NCBI GenBank assembly: GCA_028534125.1
Contig: CM052827.1
Span: 67,332,001 to 67,396,000 of the forward strand
Reading direction: 5' to 3'
DNA length: 64,000 bases
Source of the DNA: Lama glama
Taxonomy: Eukaryota
Shown here: one piece after another, positions 38,401 through 50,419 of the stretch
How the letters are laid out: each line of letters opens with the position of its first letter
Numbering within the stretch: the stretch's first letter is position 1
Made by a program: the position numbers and the translations under genes
Notes under the pieces: generated by a model
Told to the model about the DNA's origin: nothing
Databases searched by the model: none
What the model saw: only the letters and a program-made list of their open reading frames with translations

Positions 38401-39024
38401 ACACGGGTAATCTTGGCGTGAGTCCACAGACGCCAGCCTCGTGAAGGGCTTCCCCGCCCTTCTCCCAGGCTCTGGGGAACACACACTCATCAGCCCCCAA
38501 GCAGCACGCTCGGGCCCGTTTTATACCCAGAGTTCACAGAATTGTGCCAGGAAGCTTCAGGATGAAAAATTCTGCATTTCCTATTGAATTGTGATGCGTG
38601 GTAGATGCTGCCGCCACCCCTCGTCCTGGACGTCGCCACAGCCGGGCGGAGCCTGACCGCACCTTGCCCAAGACGCTTGTGCCCTCTTGCTTCCTGCCCT
38701 GGGCCGCTCTGCCACCAGGGCCTGGACACCGGCCGGCCCTGCTCAGCCACCCGGGCTGTGCTGGAGAGGACAGCGCTGCTGGGGGCAACTCCTGACCGCG
38801 GCGTGTGGAGACCTGCAGTGAACGCGGCTCACCTGCAGCTCTCAGGCTCTCGCACGAGGTTTCCTAGGCTGGCCCTGAGGGTGGGGGCCCAGCTTCCCAC
38901 AGGGCCCGCCAGCCCAACAACAACCCCCGGACTGGCCTTCCTCCCACGCTCCCAACTCCTGTCTCTGGCACTGCTTCTCCGAAGAGGCCGTCTGCAACAG
39001 CTTTTGTCGCAGGCCCTCTGTTTG

Positions 39025-39088
39025 GGGAAATTCCAGCAAAGTCCCAGCCATGACGTCACTGAAGCGCCCACAGCACCTGCTTCAGTGA
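39025..39088. promoter_or_regulatory. Compact NF-kB / NF-kB-like / CRE module
   Basis: GGGAAATTCC 39025-39034, GGGACTTTGC (minus) 39036-39045, TGACGTCA 39051-39058. Confidence 0.4.
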
Positions 39089-41739
39089 GGACTTGGACAG
39101 GTTTGGGATCGATCGTGGTGACAAATAAAATGACAAAATAGAATTAACATTTTCATAAAATACAAGGAGTGTATAAAGATTCCATAATTAAGTGTATAAA
39201 ATTAACCATTCCACAAGTTTTTAAGGGTCCTTTTAGTAACTCATTTTCTTCCTTTGGACTGACATAAAACATCAGGCCAGCGAAACGTTTTCCCAAGCAC
39301 GTCCTTAAAGAAGTGAACGCGTAGCCATTTCCCAAGTAGCGGTGAACTTGAGCTGCTGCTTTAGCCCACGAGACAGAGACCGCCTTGTCCAGGCTAAAGT
39401 GCGACAGAAACGAGCAACATGCAAACACCTGGCGAAGCCCTCGCCCCTCACGTGGCAGCCCAGAGGCCACCCTGTCGCTGTGCTCGTGCTGGCAAGGGCG
39501 CCGTGGCGGAGTCGGTCCCCGAGCCTCTCGTGCCGCGCAGACGTGGCGGGGGCGCAGGCCGGTCGGAGAGGACCGGGAGCGGGGGAGCCTGACTGTCTTC
39601 GTGTTTAAGGCTCTGCTCTGAGCCCTTCCTCTCTGGAAAAGCCACTCGGTCCTCTTTACCACCAGTCGGATCAGAATAACGTTCAGTCCTGAACTTCTGA
39701 AGTTGGAGAGCAGTTCAGCCAGGCGACCAGTGGGCCTAGCTGGACGTGCAGCCGAGAGCTCGTCGCCACTTAAATTTCAAAAACCTTAAGAATAAGATAT
39801 CTGTCCGTTATTGTTAACACTGTTCAAAATAGTGCCCGAAAGTTCTTTACGTTCACATAAAGTCTTTCTGCTGAACTCCCTGTGGATGGGTCTACCCCTC
39901 ACAGAAAAGGAGAGCCGGTGGGACCTTCTCATAAAACCCCTTCCCCTCTTCTCTCCTCCACACAGGAACCCCCTCCCGCTCTGAAGCCACGTGGGCCCTG
40001 CCTGCTCAGGCGTTCAGTCCCGTCGGGCCCCATCGCTCCTTCTGTGTCCGCTGCGTCCCCTCTTCTTCCTCATGCTGGGAGAGCCCTGCTGGGACCGTCA
40101 CGCCGACACTGCAGCTGCCAGCACGTGGCCCGGGCCGTCCCGGGATGGAAGCTGGCAGAGCAGGCCACACGTGCTAGCCCTCGCTCCCGCAGGCCCGGCC
40201 GCGGGGCCGTGGGCAGGGGTGACCGTTTCTGAGCCTCCCCTCCTTCTGCTGTGATCCCGGAGGAAGAAGGCTGATTTCCAGTTCGCCTCCCGGCCTCAAC
40301 AGCCTGTGAGTGTTTTCAGAGAGGAGTCTTGGTGGATGTTTGGTTGAGTCTAGTTTTGTTTGGCAAACTTTGCCGTCCGCCCAGTGGTACTTGGTGTCCT
40401 CGGTCTGCCTGGCGGCGCTGACACCTGTCTGCGTCTTAGGTGACCAGCACTGTGGAAGCCAGAATACTTCCGGCAAGTCGGTGGCTTTGCCGCTTCGATT
40501 TCAGGGAGCAGGTTTTTCCTGAATTGGTGCTGGTGTGTCCAAGAAGGGGGCCTAGATGAACTGGGAGCCTGGAAGGGTCTAGAATCCTGTCCTTGCAGAG
40601 CTGGAGGCGGCCTGCAGAGGGCCCAGCCTGTGACTTGCATGCATTTTCCTCTTAGCCCTTTTCCCTGGTTTTTTACTGCCGAACTGGGCAAACAGTAGAA
40701 GCAAAAACCTGGTCGTTGCTTCCATGCCAGAAACAGATCAGACCAACTTAGTGACACAGCTTGTGAATGTTACTGGCAAGCTCACGGCAGGGACGCCGGT
40801 GCCGTTGCCTGCGGGGCAGGGAATACGTCAAGGAGTCCCAGAGAGGAGGTGGGAATACAGGGGATAAAATGTTTCCTGCCAGTCTGGTGGCGCCACTGCC
40901 TGCCCGCAGACGTCCTGGGAACGATCGCAGTGCCAGGGCCTGCGATTTAAGGTGGGAGTGCGTGTCAGGCTGTGCGCAGACCACACCGAGCCTCTTACTC
41001 CTCTGACTTCTCTCCCAAAGAAAGACTATGATGTAGGAAGGAACTAATATCGCGATTCCCCAGATTGTCCTTAAGATGGAGACCCTGAGGCCACAGCATT
41101 TCAGTCCCAGAAATTCAGAAAGAAGTTCATTAGGCGTCTGAGGGCACCTCCACCGCGACAGAGCTGAGGTTTGCTCTTCATACTCATTTGAAGGGAAATC
41201 AAAGCTATTCATCAGAAACCAGGATTTTTTAAAATTTCACTTGATAGTTGTAACAGAATAATAATTTAAGTGATCTTTCTTCCTCAGAGACACACACTTG
41301 ATCCGTTAGGGGAAATACGCGTGTCCGGCTGCTGCGAGTTAAGCTCAGGCCCCACTTCTGACCTAAGCACCAATAATGGTGGTTCTTAGTTAACTGACTT
41401 TGTTACGAAGGAATGTGAATTACTTTTAATTATGTGTATTGTTATTAATTATTAATTACATTATTGTTACTGCATTACTGTTAACTAAATATGCACTATG
41501 TAATAAGTGAAAAACTTCACAAACGACTCCAAAAACTCAAAAAACAAGGGAGGAGTTTTCTGGAATTGCATCCCGTACCACAGAGATGTTCACTGTTTGC
41601 AGAAGCGCATTGCCGACTGCCAGGTGATCAGATCGACCCATTTTCACGACACAGTGATTCCAGGTCTTCTGAGGCAGGAGTCCCTGTACCATTCCTTGAG
41701 CTGTCCTGGTACGTTTCCCCCAGGCTCACCTGTCTGATA

Positions 41740-42462
41740 CTCTTTAAAAGCGATTTTTATGAAATATTTCAGACACAGAAGATACAGAAGGAAATGCAAC
41801 AGACACTTCATTCCTGGCCACTAGGCTTAAAAATAGCGCATCGCACCTGCGGCTGAAGAACCTCTGTGAGCAAGTGCCGTGTCCCAGCCCCTCCTGCTCC
41901 CGCCATCAAACGCTCACCCTCGCATATTTTCATACCTTTAGTACAGGTAAGTGTGTCCCTAAAATGTATACCACTGTCTGTGTTCTAAACCTTTATACAA
42001 ATGACATCATGCTCCAAGTGTACGTCACCAACTTACTTTTATTAGTTTAAAATTCTGTGTTTGAGTTGTATCCATAGTGAGACGTGCCGTTTGGTTTATT
42101 CACTTAAGCTGCCAGGTGGTATGGATTTACCTTAATTTATTTATTCATTCTCCTTTTTATAGATATTAAGGTTTTTTTCTGTTTCCACTAATAAAAGCTG
42201 CTACAATGAATATTCTTCCATGTGTAACTTGTGTGATGGTTTCTCCCGGGCGTGCACCTGGGAGCAGTGCCAGGCACTCTGGGCTGGCGTCTTCAGCTTC
42301 ATTAGGGTCACCAAACGGCCTCCGACGCGCCAGGCACTGCAGCTGACGTGCCCACCAGCGACGTGCGGGCCCCTTCGCTCCTCACTGGGTGTGCCTGGCA
42401 TCTTCATATTTGCCGTTCTGATGTCTGTGAAGTGGCATTTGACTGGGTTTTAATTTACATCT
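41740..42462 (-). mobile_element. Ancient L1 (L1ME-like) 3' fragment
   Basis: aatttatttattcattctcc...gctgctacaatgaatattctt...tttgccgttctgatgtctgtgaagtggcatttg is antisense L1 ORF2 end and UTR. Confidence 0.75.
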
Positions 42463-42651
42463 GTCTCTCCAGCTCTTATCTTTATGAGAATAGAGGCCCA
42501 AGCATAAGACTTGCTGGAACTTCTGTCTCCACCATCCCGCGCCACACCCTTCATTCTGCTAGAACCTCTGAAGTCTTATGTGTCGGGGGCACTTCTGATG
42601 TCCCCCTCCGTGTGGCGGTGTGACAGCCGTGACCTCTCCTTCTCAGTGTTA

Positions 42652-43190
42652 AGTCAGAGCTGTGAAGGGGCTGTGGCTTCACCCTCCTTGGAAGCTAACA
42701 GGTTAGCCCGCCGTCCCTTATGCACATAAACTGACAGAGGACACAAGACCCCGGGTCAGAGAAGCAGGCCGTTTACTACTCACAGCACGACTCCTGTCTG
42801 ATGGAATTACTCGCCGAGTCATGTACACAAGGCTGCGCGCTGGGGCCGCCCACCGTCGCCTCTCGCTCCTTCACACTTGGGACGACCGTCAGCCCTGTGA
42901 CCACTGTGGTGGCACTTACTTGCCTTTCCAGACTGCGAGGAGATCCCCGCTCTGGGGAAGCTTGCTCCCTTTTACCTCTGCACGGCCGTGCCCCTCAGCA
43001 GGGGGAGGCCCTGCGCGCACCTGCAGCCCCTCGGCCTCAGCTTGGCCCGGTGAGCGCTCCCGGCGCCGAGGGCTGCGGCCAGACAGCCGGACCCGCCGCT
43101 GGGTGCCGGTGCTGCCGCTCCACACCTGGGGCTTGGGGCAGGTTCGTGGATTCTCTGAGATCAAAGCCCCCACGTGCACAGCAGTGGTAA
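42652..43190 (-). mobile_element. ERVL-class solo LTR (MER74/MER54-like)
   Basis: ctgtgaagggg...accctccttggaagctaacaggttagcccgcc...gacacaagaccccgggtcagaga...tttactactcacagca is the antisense LTR 3' end; right edge uncertain. Confidence 0.6.
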
Positions 43191-43315
43191 TCACGCCTGC
43201 ATCAGAGGGCTGACGGACTCGGACACGCTGGCGCAGTGAGGCCTGTGCACCCGACGCTCAGTGTTCACTGCTCTTGTTGCTGGAAAAGGCAGCGTCCTTG
43301 GTGGAAGAGGGCTCA

Positions 43316-43463
43316 CTCCCTGAACTTAGCAGTGCCCCCGCCCCGATCCTGCTCCCTGAACTTAGCAGTGACCTCGCCCCGACCTTGCTCCCTGAACTTA
43401 GCAGTGCCCTCCGCCCCGTCCTGCTCCCTGAACTTAACAGTGCCCCCGCCCCGATCCTGCTCC
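43316..43463. repeat. 36-bp minisatellite, 4 copies plus partial (ctccctgaacttagcagtgcccccgccccgatcctg)
   Basis: Units start at 43316, 43352, 43388, 43424. Confidence 0.95.
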
Positions 43464-44984
43464 GTAATAGTCGCTGCCAGGGCTGCTTTAGGTGTGACAG
43501 GTAGCGGCCACTGCGACTGGCTCCTCACACGCTGGCTGTTTCTTTCAAGGCAAAAATTATGCCACTCGTTTTACAGAAGGGGATATAAAATGAGAGATGT
43601 TCGGGAGCGCGCCTACGGTCCTGCAGCCGGCAAACGTCAGATCTAGGGTTTGAATCCACGTCTGTTCACCTCCCGGCCCTGAGCTCCTGTCTGTTTATCA
43701 ACACAGGTGAGGACATGTGCATTTTAATGAAGGGTCTGGATGCTAGGGCACTCAACTGCCTTACTTAGCCGTGCATATGAATATGGCAGTACGCTCAGTT
43801 TGGGGGTATAAATTACGCCCAGTTCTCTCGTGCTGCTCATTACGGGGGAAGGCTAGCCCTGCTGCACACACACGCGGGCACACACACAGCGTCTAAGCTC
43901 CTTCTGTGCGACTGGTAGTTAGCAAAGCCTCCTGAGAAACTGAAATATCCAAGAATCAGCAATGTTCTTAAGATATTTCCTTTCTTCCCACTTAACTAAA
44001 AATATTTTGAAAATCCAGTAACCACGCGAAGGAAGCTTCTCTGACACAGAGAACAACCCCAGGCCAGGGGTGCTTGAGCTCGGGCACTTCACCACCAACG
44101 TGCTTTACACTGTTGGTTTTTACCGTCCTCCTGCTGAGCAGTGAAATGAGAGCAGTACAGGAGCACGAGGACCTTCCGTGTTTCAGGTTCCCCTGGAAGG
44201 CCCGATCTGGCCTGCGCGACGCTTTCCTGCGCGAACACAGCAGCGCAGTGGCGGCGGCTGAAGCTTAGGGAGCCGCGCTCGGGGTAGAACGCCTGCTTTC
44301 ACTTGCCTTTTTCATGATCTAAAGACTTATTTGACGTCAGGCAATAAGGAAAAAATCCATGTTTAAATTCTAAAGGACTATAAAGTTCAGAAACCTGCCC
44401 CCCGAGGTCCTTCGTGCGTCCCCGGGTCAGGGTCTCAACGTGCAGTCGCAGCTGTGAGGCCGCCAGTGCCGCGGGGCTTTCTGGGGGACCAGCCAGCCCG
44501 CACTTGGCTTCTGTCCCTGGCATCCAGGCTGCGCCGCGTCCCGTCCCGCAGTGTCGCCCCAGCTCCGCCTGTCTGTCTCTTCCTCCGACTGGTGTTTAAG
44601 GCTAACGTCAAGATAAACAATTACGAGGACCAGTCTGTGTCACCACCAGCTATACGTTTCCTTCTTTCAAAAACTCTGTCTCCTTGCTGCTCGGATTCCT
44701 TTGCCAGAAAACCTCCAAATAAACGCACGGAGATAGACGCTCCCCGCAAAGGGCACACCCGGTCTGAAGCCAACCTGCAGGACTGCGAACGCACCGGGAG
44801 GCCCCCCGCCCTCCCGGCTGCCTCGGTGGGTGTGACGCCCGCGGCAGTTGCTCGCTTTCATTTGAGGCAGCCTCTCAGATTTAACTTTTATTACTTCCTG
44901 GGAGTCACCGCCTCTGCCCAGTTCACTTAAGCAGACGTAACTGCAGCCGCAGAAACGCTGTTGACTGGTGTCCTCCGGAGACCT

Positions 44985-45250
44985 GTTCATTACCTGTCAT
45001 TAAATGTTTTAAAAGTTTGCATAATTGATCCGGCCAATAAGTCATCACTGATTTATGGGGTTCTGTGCTGAGGAGACGCTCTTTAAAAATTCATAATGCC
45101 GGTGTGTGTCTTCACAATCCATTAGCTGTTTACGTGCCCGCGGTCGCAGCATTGATTGACCTTGGACGAGATTCTCATGGACTCCTTTTCCTGCAAGTCC
45201 TCAGTATAGAAAAGCAATACTTCAGGCTTCTCCCTTGACAGCTGTACTTT
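44985..45250. promoter_or_regulatory. Candidate developmental enhancer: PBX-HOX, PBX-MEIS, MEIS, POU and FOX cluster
   Basis: CTGTCA 44994, TTTGCATAAT 45016, TGATTTATGG 45049, TGTTTAC 45127, TGATTGAC 45153, TGACAGCT 45236. Confidence 0.5.
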
Positions 45251-45362
45251 GATTTTTCTTCCCCTCCATCAAAACGGAAACTTTACTTGAAATGATGAAT
45301 AAATAAAGCCCGCTCCATAAGCAGCTCTTCACCATTATTTAAGCTTGTGGACTGTGCTGTGT

Positions 45363-45833
45363 NNNNNNNNNNNNNNNNNNNNNNNNNNNNNNNNNNNNNN
45401 NNNNNNNNNNNNNNNNNNNNNNNNNNNNNNNNNNNNNNNNNNNNNNNNNNNNNNNNNNNNNNNNNNNNNNNNNNNNNNNNNNNNNNNNNNNNNNNNNNNN
45501 NNNNNNNNNNATGCGACAAGATGTAAGATCAGTGCGGTGGGATACACTTACTTCCCAGCCACGGCNNNNNNNNNNNNNNNNNNNNNNNNNNNNNNNNNNN
45601 NNNNNNNNNNNNNNNNNNNNNNNNNNNNNNNNNNNNNNNNNNNNNNNNNNNNNNNNNNNNNNNNNNNNNNNNNNNNNNNNNNNNNNNNNNNNNNNNNNNN
45701 NNNNNNNNNNNNNNNNNNNNNNNNNNNNNNNNNNNNNNNNNNNNNNNNNNNNNNNNNNNNNNNNNNNNNNNNNNNNNNNNNNNNNNNNNNNNNNNNNNNN
45801 NNNNNNNNNNNNNNNNNNNNNNNNNNNNNNNNN
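45363..45833. other. Two assembly gaps (45363-45510, 45566-45833) around a 55-bp island
   Basis: Runs of N. Confidence 1.
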
Positions 45834-47301
45834 AAAGTTGGAGGCCAAGGTTCAAACGCTGTTTGTAGGCTATTATTTTTTCTCTTTCACAAGACACAAA
45901 GTTTGACTGACAAACACATCAGCATTTTCAGAAGACGGGGGTGGACCGCCAGACGAAGGTGACACAGGGGTGTGTTCACGCGCGTGGGTCCATGCTCAGC
46001 GGCACTCTGAGCCCCCGATGGTGAGCACCGGCCACCAGATTAGTAACTCTCTGTCCTGCCTCCCCTTCCGGCTGCGTCCTGGGGCCTCTCAAGAGTGAGG
46101 ATCATAAACCTGGGTTGAGGTGGCTTCATGATGAGAGCCACACGTGGTGATTTCACTGGAGAAGGAAGGAGGCGAGGAGGCTGTGAGCTCTGGACTCTCA
46201 GTTCTGGGTTCGGTCTCAGCGCCACTCTGACAGGCCGTATGGCCATGTGCAGGTCCCGTCACGTTGTCAGGTTTGGTTACTGGTTTTTTAAATGAGAATA
46301 ACAACTTGCCAGTTCCCGTACTTTTTGTAACAGTTAAGTGAGGTAGGCCCTGCAAAGACCCGGCCCGGCTCGTAGTCCCGACTGTTGTCACCGCAGTCAG
46401 ATGACGAAACACTGTTATGGTGCCTGTAGTGTGCCAGGCACTGAACTGGCACCAGTTACCGAATTTTTAAAGTTTAATATATGGTTCTCAGTCTCAAGGT
46501 ATTGACAATCCACTGGAAAAACAAGAACATCCGCCCACTTAAATCTCAAAACAGGGGCGGAGGGTTGTTCTAGACCCTGAGCAGACGTCAGGGACCGCGC
46601 TCACGTCCGAGCTTGGCCATCTCCAGCCCAGAAAACCCGAGGCTGGTCACCCCATCTCCCCAAGGCTCCATTGGCTCGTGTGTGACATCGGACATTGATT
46701 ACTTCACCTCACATAGCTGCCTCCAAAATCAAGAAAGTGATGTTAGTAATGTTTGTGGTAAATGGTAAGCTACTGAAAATGTGGTGTGTGCAAACAACAG
46801 CAAGTCCGGGAAGCTCAGACAAACCGGCAAAGCTACAACTTCCTAGCTATGTTTGGACGCCCACAGCGACGAAGGCATTCCCCATGAAATAAATGAGTCA
46901 GAGGGTGAGTGACGGCGAAGATCAGCAAAGAGAAACCTTGCTTTGTGCTGGGTGGTCGTGGCAGGTGGAACTGGACAGGACATTTAAGGACAATTCCAAC
47001 AGCAACAGGCAAAGAAAAGCAATTAAGCATGAGTGTCCTCAGAGTGGGCTGAGCAAAGGAAGGAGCGCCAAGGTCCGAGGCCCACGGGGCGGGCGGGCTG
47101 CGGTCTGCGCACGGGCGGAATGCTGACCTGTGGGCGCTAAGGTGGGACAGTGGCCTGGGGGAGGTGGGGGGGGCCGGAGCACCAGGAGGGGGCCCTGGTT
47201 TCATCCTCTAGCCCGGTTTTTCCTTTTGAAAGCAGTTTAATATTTTAATAAAAATTACCTTTTATTTATTAAGCAAAGCAAAACATATCCATTGTTCAAG
47301 G

Positions 47302-47473
47302 CAGCAGTTCTCCACCTGGGGTGTACAGCAAAACCTCTTGGGGGGCTCTTAAAAATTAAATACCCGGCTTCAGCTTGACTCATTAAATCAGACTCTCTTG
47401 GTTGGGGGGGCCAGACATCAGCATTTTTAAAGCCCCCAGATGAGTCTGGTGCAAGCAAGGCTGAGAACCACTG
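47302..47473. mobile_element. Full-length MER5A-type hAT-Charlie MITE
   Basis: TIRs cagcagttctc / gagaaccactg; internal aaatcagactctc...cagcatttttaaagcccccagatgagtct; 8-bp flanks gttcaagg / gtttaaag match at 6 of 8 (decayed TSD). Confidence 0.88.
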
Positions 47474-50419
47474 GTTTAAAGTGTCCATTTTGTGTGACGA
47501 CAAAAAAGCCTCCATTCCCCCACCCCGTAGCCTCATCCTGCAAAGGCTACAGCTTCTGCGTCCTGTTCTCCTTACGTTAGTCTCTTGTATGCTGAAGGTC
47601 TCCCCCAGATGCATGGGAGCCCTTGACCTTCTGTCCACGTTCAAGCATGAGATACGAAAAAGACGACGGGCGATTGCTCTGCGTGGACTCTGCGTGGATG
47701 GTGGAAAAGTCCTTCACGGCTCGAGCTGTGTCATCGGTGAGGAAGCAGGGGGCCGGCTTCTCAGATGAAGGAACTGCATATGTCAGCACTCAGGAGCCTT
47801 TTTCCTGGGCTTCCCCAGGTTCCTAAGGGAAGCGCCGCCAGACTCCTGCCCAGGCGCCACGTGTGCCGGGGACCCTCTCTTCTGTGCACCGGGTGGAGAG
47901 GAGGCCAGGGTCCCTCTCATCACACTGTTACTTCCTGCCCCCCCACCTTTGCCCTCTGATGTGGCCGGTTCCCCAAACCAGGCCTCCCTGGGTCAGTGTG
48001 TCCGGAGACTAAACCTCTGCTCTCGAGGTGGCGGGGGTGGGGGTGCACTGTGGGAGTAGCGGGGGCGAGGTGAAGCCGAGGAGCGAGTCTGGCTGCTCCG
48101 GACGGTGCGGGGGTCTGGAGCCAAGCGCCCCACACCCGACGAGCCTCCCACGGATTCCCCCTGGTCTCCTCGCTCCCTTACGTGGTGTCCCCACCCTGGG
48201 TCCCCCTGGGGCTTTGCTGAGTGGGTCTGCTCACTTCTCGCTCGTGTTTGCCCTCTCGCACTGTAACTTCCCCTGCTCCGCTGATGCGCCCGCCCCTCTC
48301 CGTCCACTTCCAGTCTTCCCGGAAAAGCTTAGCCTCTCCTGTCTGTTCCCTCCTTCATGCTTCTCTGTCTCTGCGGGCTTACAGAATTTTGGTTTTGTCC
48401 TTTGAATATGATTTTAATGGAAACGGAAGAGGAGAGAATTCCACGTGGCTGGTCTGCCACCTCTGAACAGAAGTCCTGGAAGAGCAGGGAGGGTTGTGGT
48501 CGGTCTTACAAACTTTATGCAGAACTACGACCAAACAGGTAAAGGTGGAGTCACTCCACGTGAATGAGGGGTAGGGGTCCCCTTCCCACCTTCTCCCTTT
48601 TCTTTCAAAGCCAGCCGGGCTCTGGGAATACAACACAAGAAAGTCCTGGGGTAAACAGGGCGGGCAGAGGGAAGGCTGTGGCCGCCGACTCCCACTCCGT
48701 TGTGTCTTTTGGCCAAAACATGGAGCGACCCAGGAGCCCAGCGGGGGCCGCCTCGTTTCCTGCCGTGGTTGGCGTGCTTCCCATGCAGGTTCCGTCCCGC
48801 AGCGGAGGCTCCTGTTCTCCTGACGATGCTTTACAGTTACTTGGGGTGCACAAAAGTCAGTAAGAGTCCCTGCGCCCAAGGAGCTGACGAGCCAGTGGGG
48901 AGGCCGTGGGAGAGTGGCTGCCCTCTCGAAGGCTCTGTCCCGTCTTGCGAGTCCTCCGGAGCTGAGAGGGCCCAGCCGCTCCCCACTGCCACCTCTTCGT
49001 TATCAAAAAGCACAACTCCCACGGAGCTCACCAGGGGCACAGACGGATGGCGAACAGGTGGGGGCTGCCCCTGCCATCTAACTGTGCTCGGACTCCAGCA
49101 GCCCCCAGCTCCCCGGCCCCAGCCGAGACCGGGAAGAGAGGGGGCCCTGGCCGGGGCAGCTCACAGCCTCACGTTTGACGAGCGCTGCTCAGGCCCCACA
49201 CTCACAGCGGGAGGCGTGTGTCCGCAGGTGGGAGACCTCAGGTGCACATTCTCACTTCTACCTTCTGTTCCACCCTCTCCGTCTCCCCCGTGTCCCTGCC
49301 TGTCCTTTCTTCATGTCGAGGGGTCGCTCTAAGCACCACCCCACATGCTCATGTGGAGGCAAATAAGTCAGCTTGCTTTGTCCCTGGCTATGAGTCCTTT
49401 CATGTAAAGGTTACGTGGCACATATTTTCTATCCCAAATGTCAAAACAGCTATGGACTTCCCTGAGGGGACTGTTTTTCAAAAACTCCGTGAAATCAGGT
49501 TGGCAGGCCAGGAAAGACATAATGCTGCCACCACACACAGCCCTTGCAAAGCCCCAGTAAATGGCAGACTCGCAGTCCTCACAGGAGCCCTGGGGACGCC
49601 TCAAGGCAGGCTCCTGGGGGCTCACAAGCACCAGGGGTGGCAGGTCCAACCACGACCACCGACCCCCCGGCCCACCCACTCCCAGCCAAGACCGCGGCCC
49701 TCACTCCACCTGCTCGTTCCTCCAGGTGTGCACTCCTCCCTCAAAAGGAAGAACTAGGCTTAAAAACCTTCCTGTGGGAAAAACTCACACACCTTTGCAG
49801 GCTTGCTCTTGGGGTGCCAGGCCCCACCGTGCAGCTGCAGTGGTAACAGCCGCGCTCCTGCCAACGCTCTCCCCTCGGTGGATCTCCAGGCTGCTGCACC
49901 CCTCACGGGACAGACGCGCACAGCCGTCCAGACTGCTGGGCAGACCCTGGCAGCCTGTTCACCAAGCCCTCTCCTCCCTTCTAGGTAGGGCGAAGGGGGA
50001 AGACAGAAGGGAGAGGAGGAGACGGGAGACTGTGCTAACGCGTCCGCAGCGCTCCGCTCCCTCTGCCTGCCTCGGAGGCTCCGCGTCTTGCCTGCTCACC
50101 CGATGTCCTCTCCCCGAGACTCTGGAAAAAGTCACCCTGGGAGATTCTCTAGAGAAAATCAGTGGGAACTAAAGAAAAGCAGCCTGCCCCGAGGGCCTGT
50201 GTGAAAGGAGGGAGTGCGCATCGGGGAGGGGCGCTGGGGGGCCTGGAGGAGGGAGGTGGTGTGAAGACGACACAGGGCGGAGGTTCACCAGCTCTCTGGA
50301 CTGAGCGGGTGAGGAATTCCTGCGAGCTCCCTTGAGCAAAGCAGCGGCAGACGTGGGTGGTGTGGCCCAGCTTTGCTCTGGACGGTGAGCTGGAACCTCC
50401 TTGAGTGACTGGGAGGCAC

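Noticed and set aside
43316-43463. CRISPR-like look of a constant 19-mer alternating with a variable 17-mer
   Set aside because: The variable parts are homologous to each other (copies 1 and 4 identical), no cas genes, eukaryotic context: a VNTR
34937-45276. Shared 12-mer tccatcaaaacg at ~34937 and ~45265
   Set aside because: Many repeated 12-mers are expected by chance in 64 kb; homology does not extend
3005-47383. About ten AP-1 (TGASTCA) sites across the window
   Set aside because: Close to the roughly 7-8 expected by chance in this much sequence
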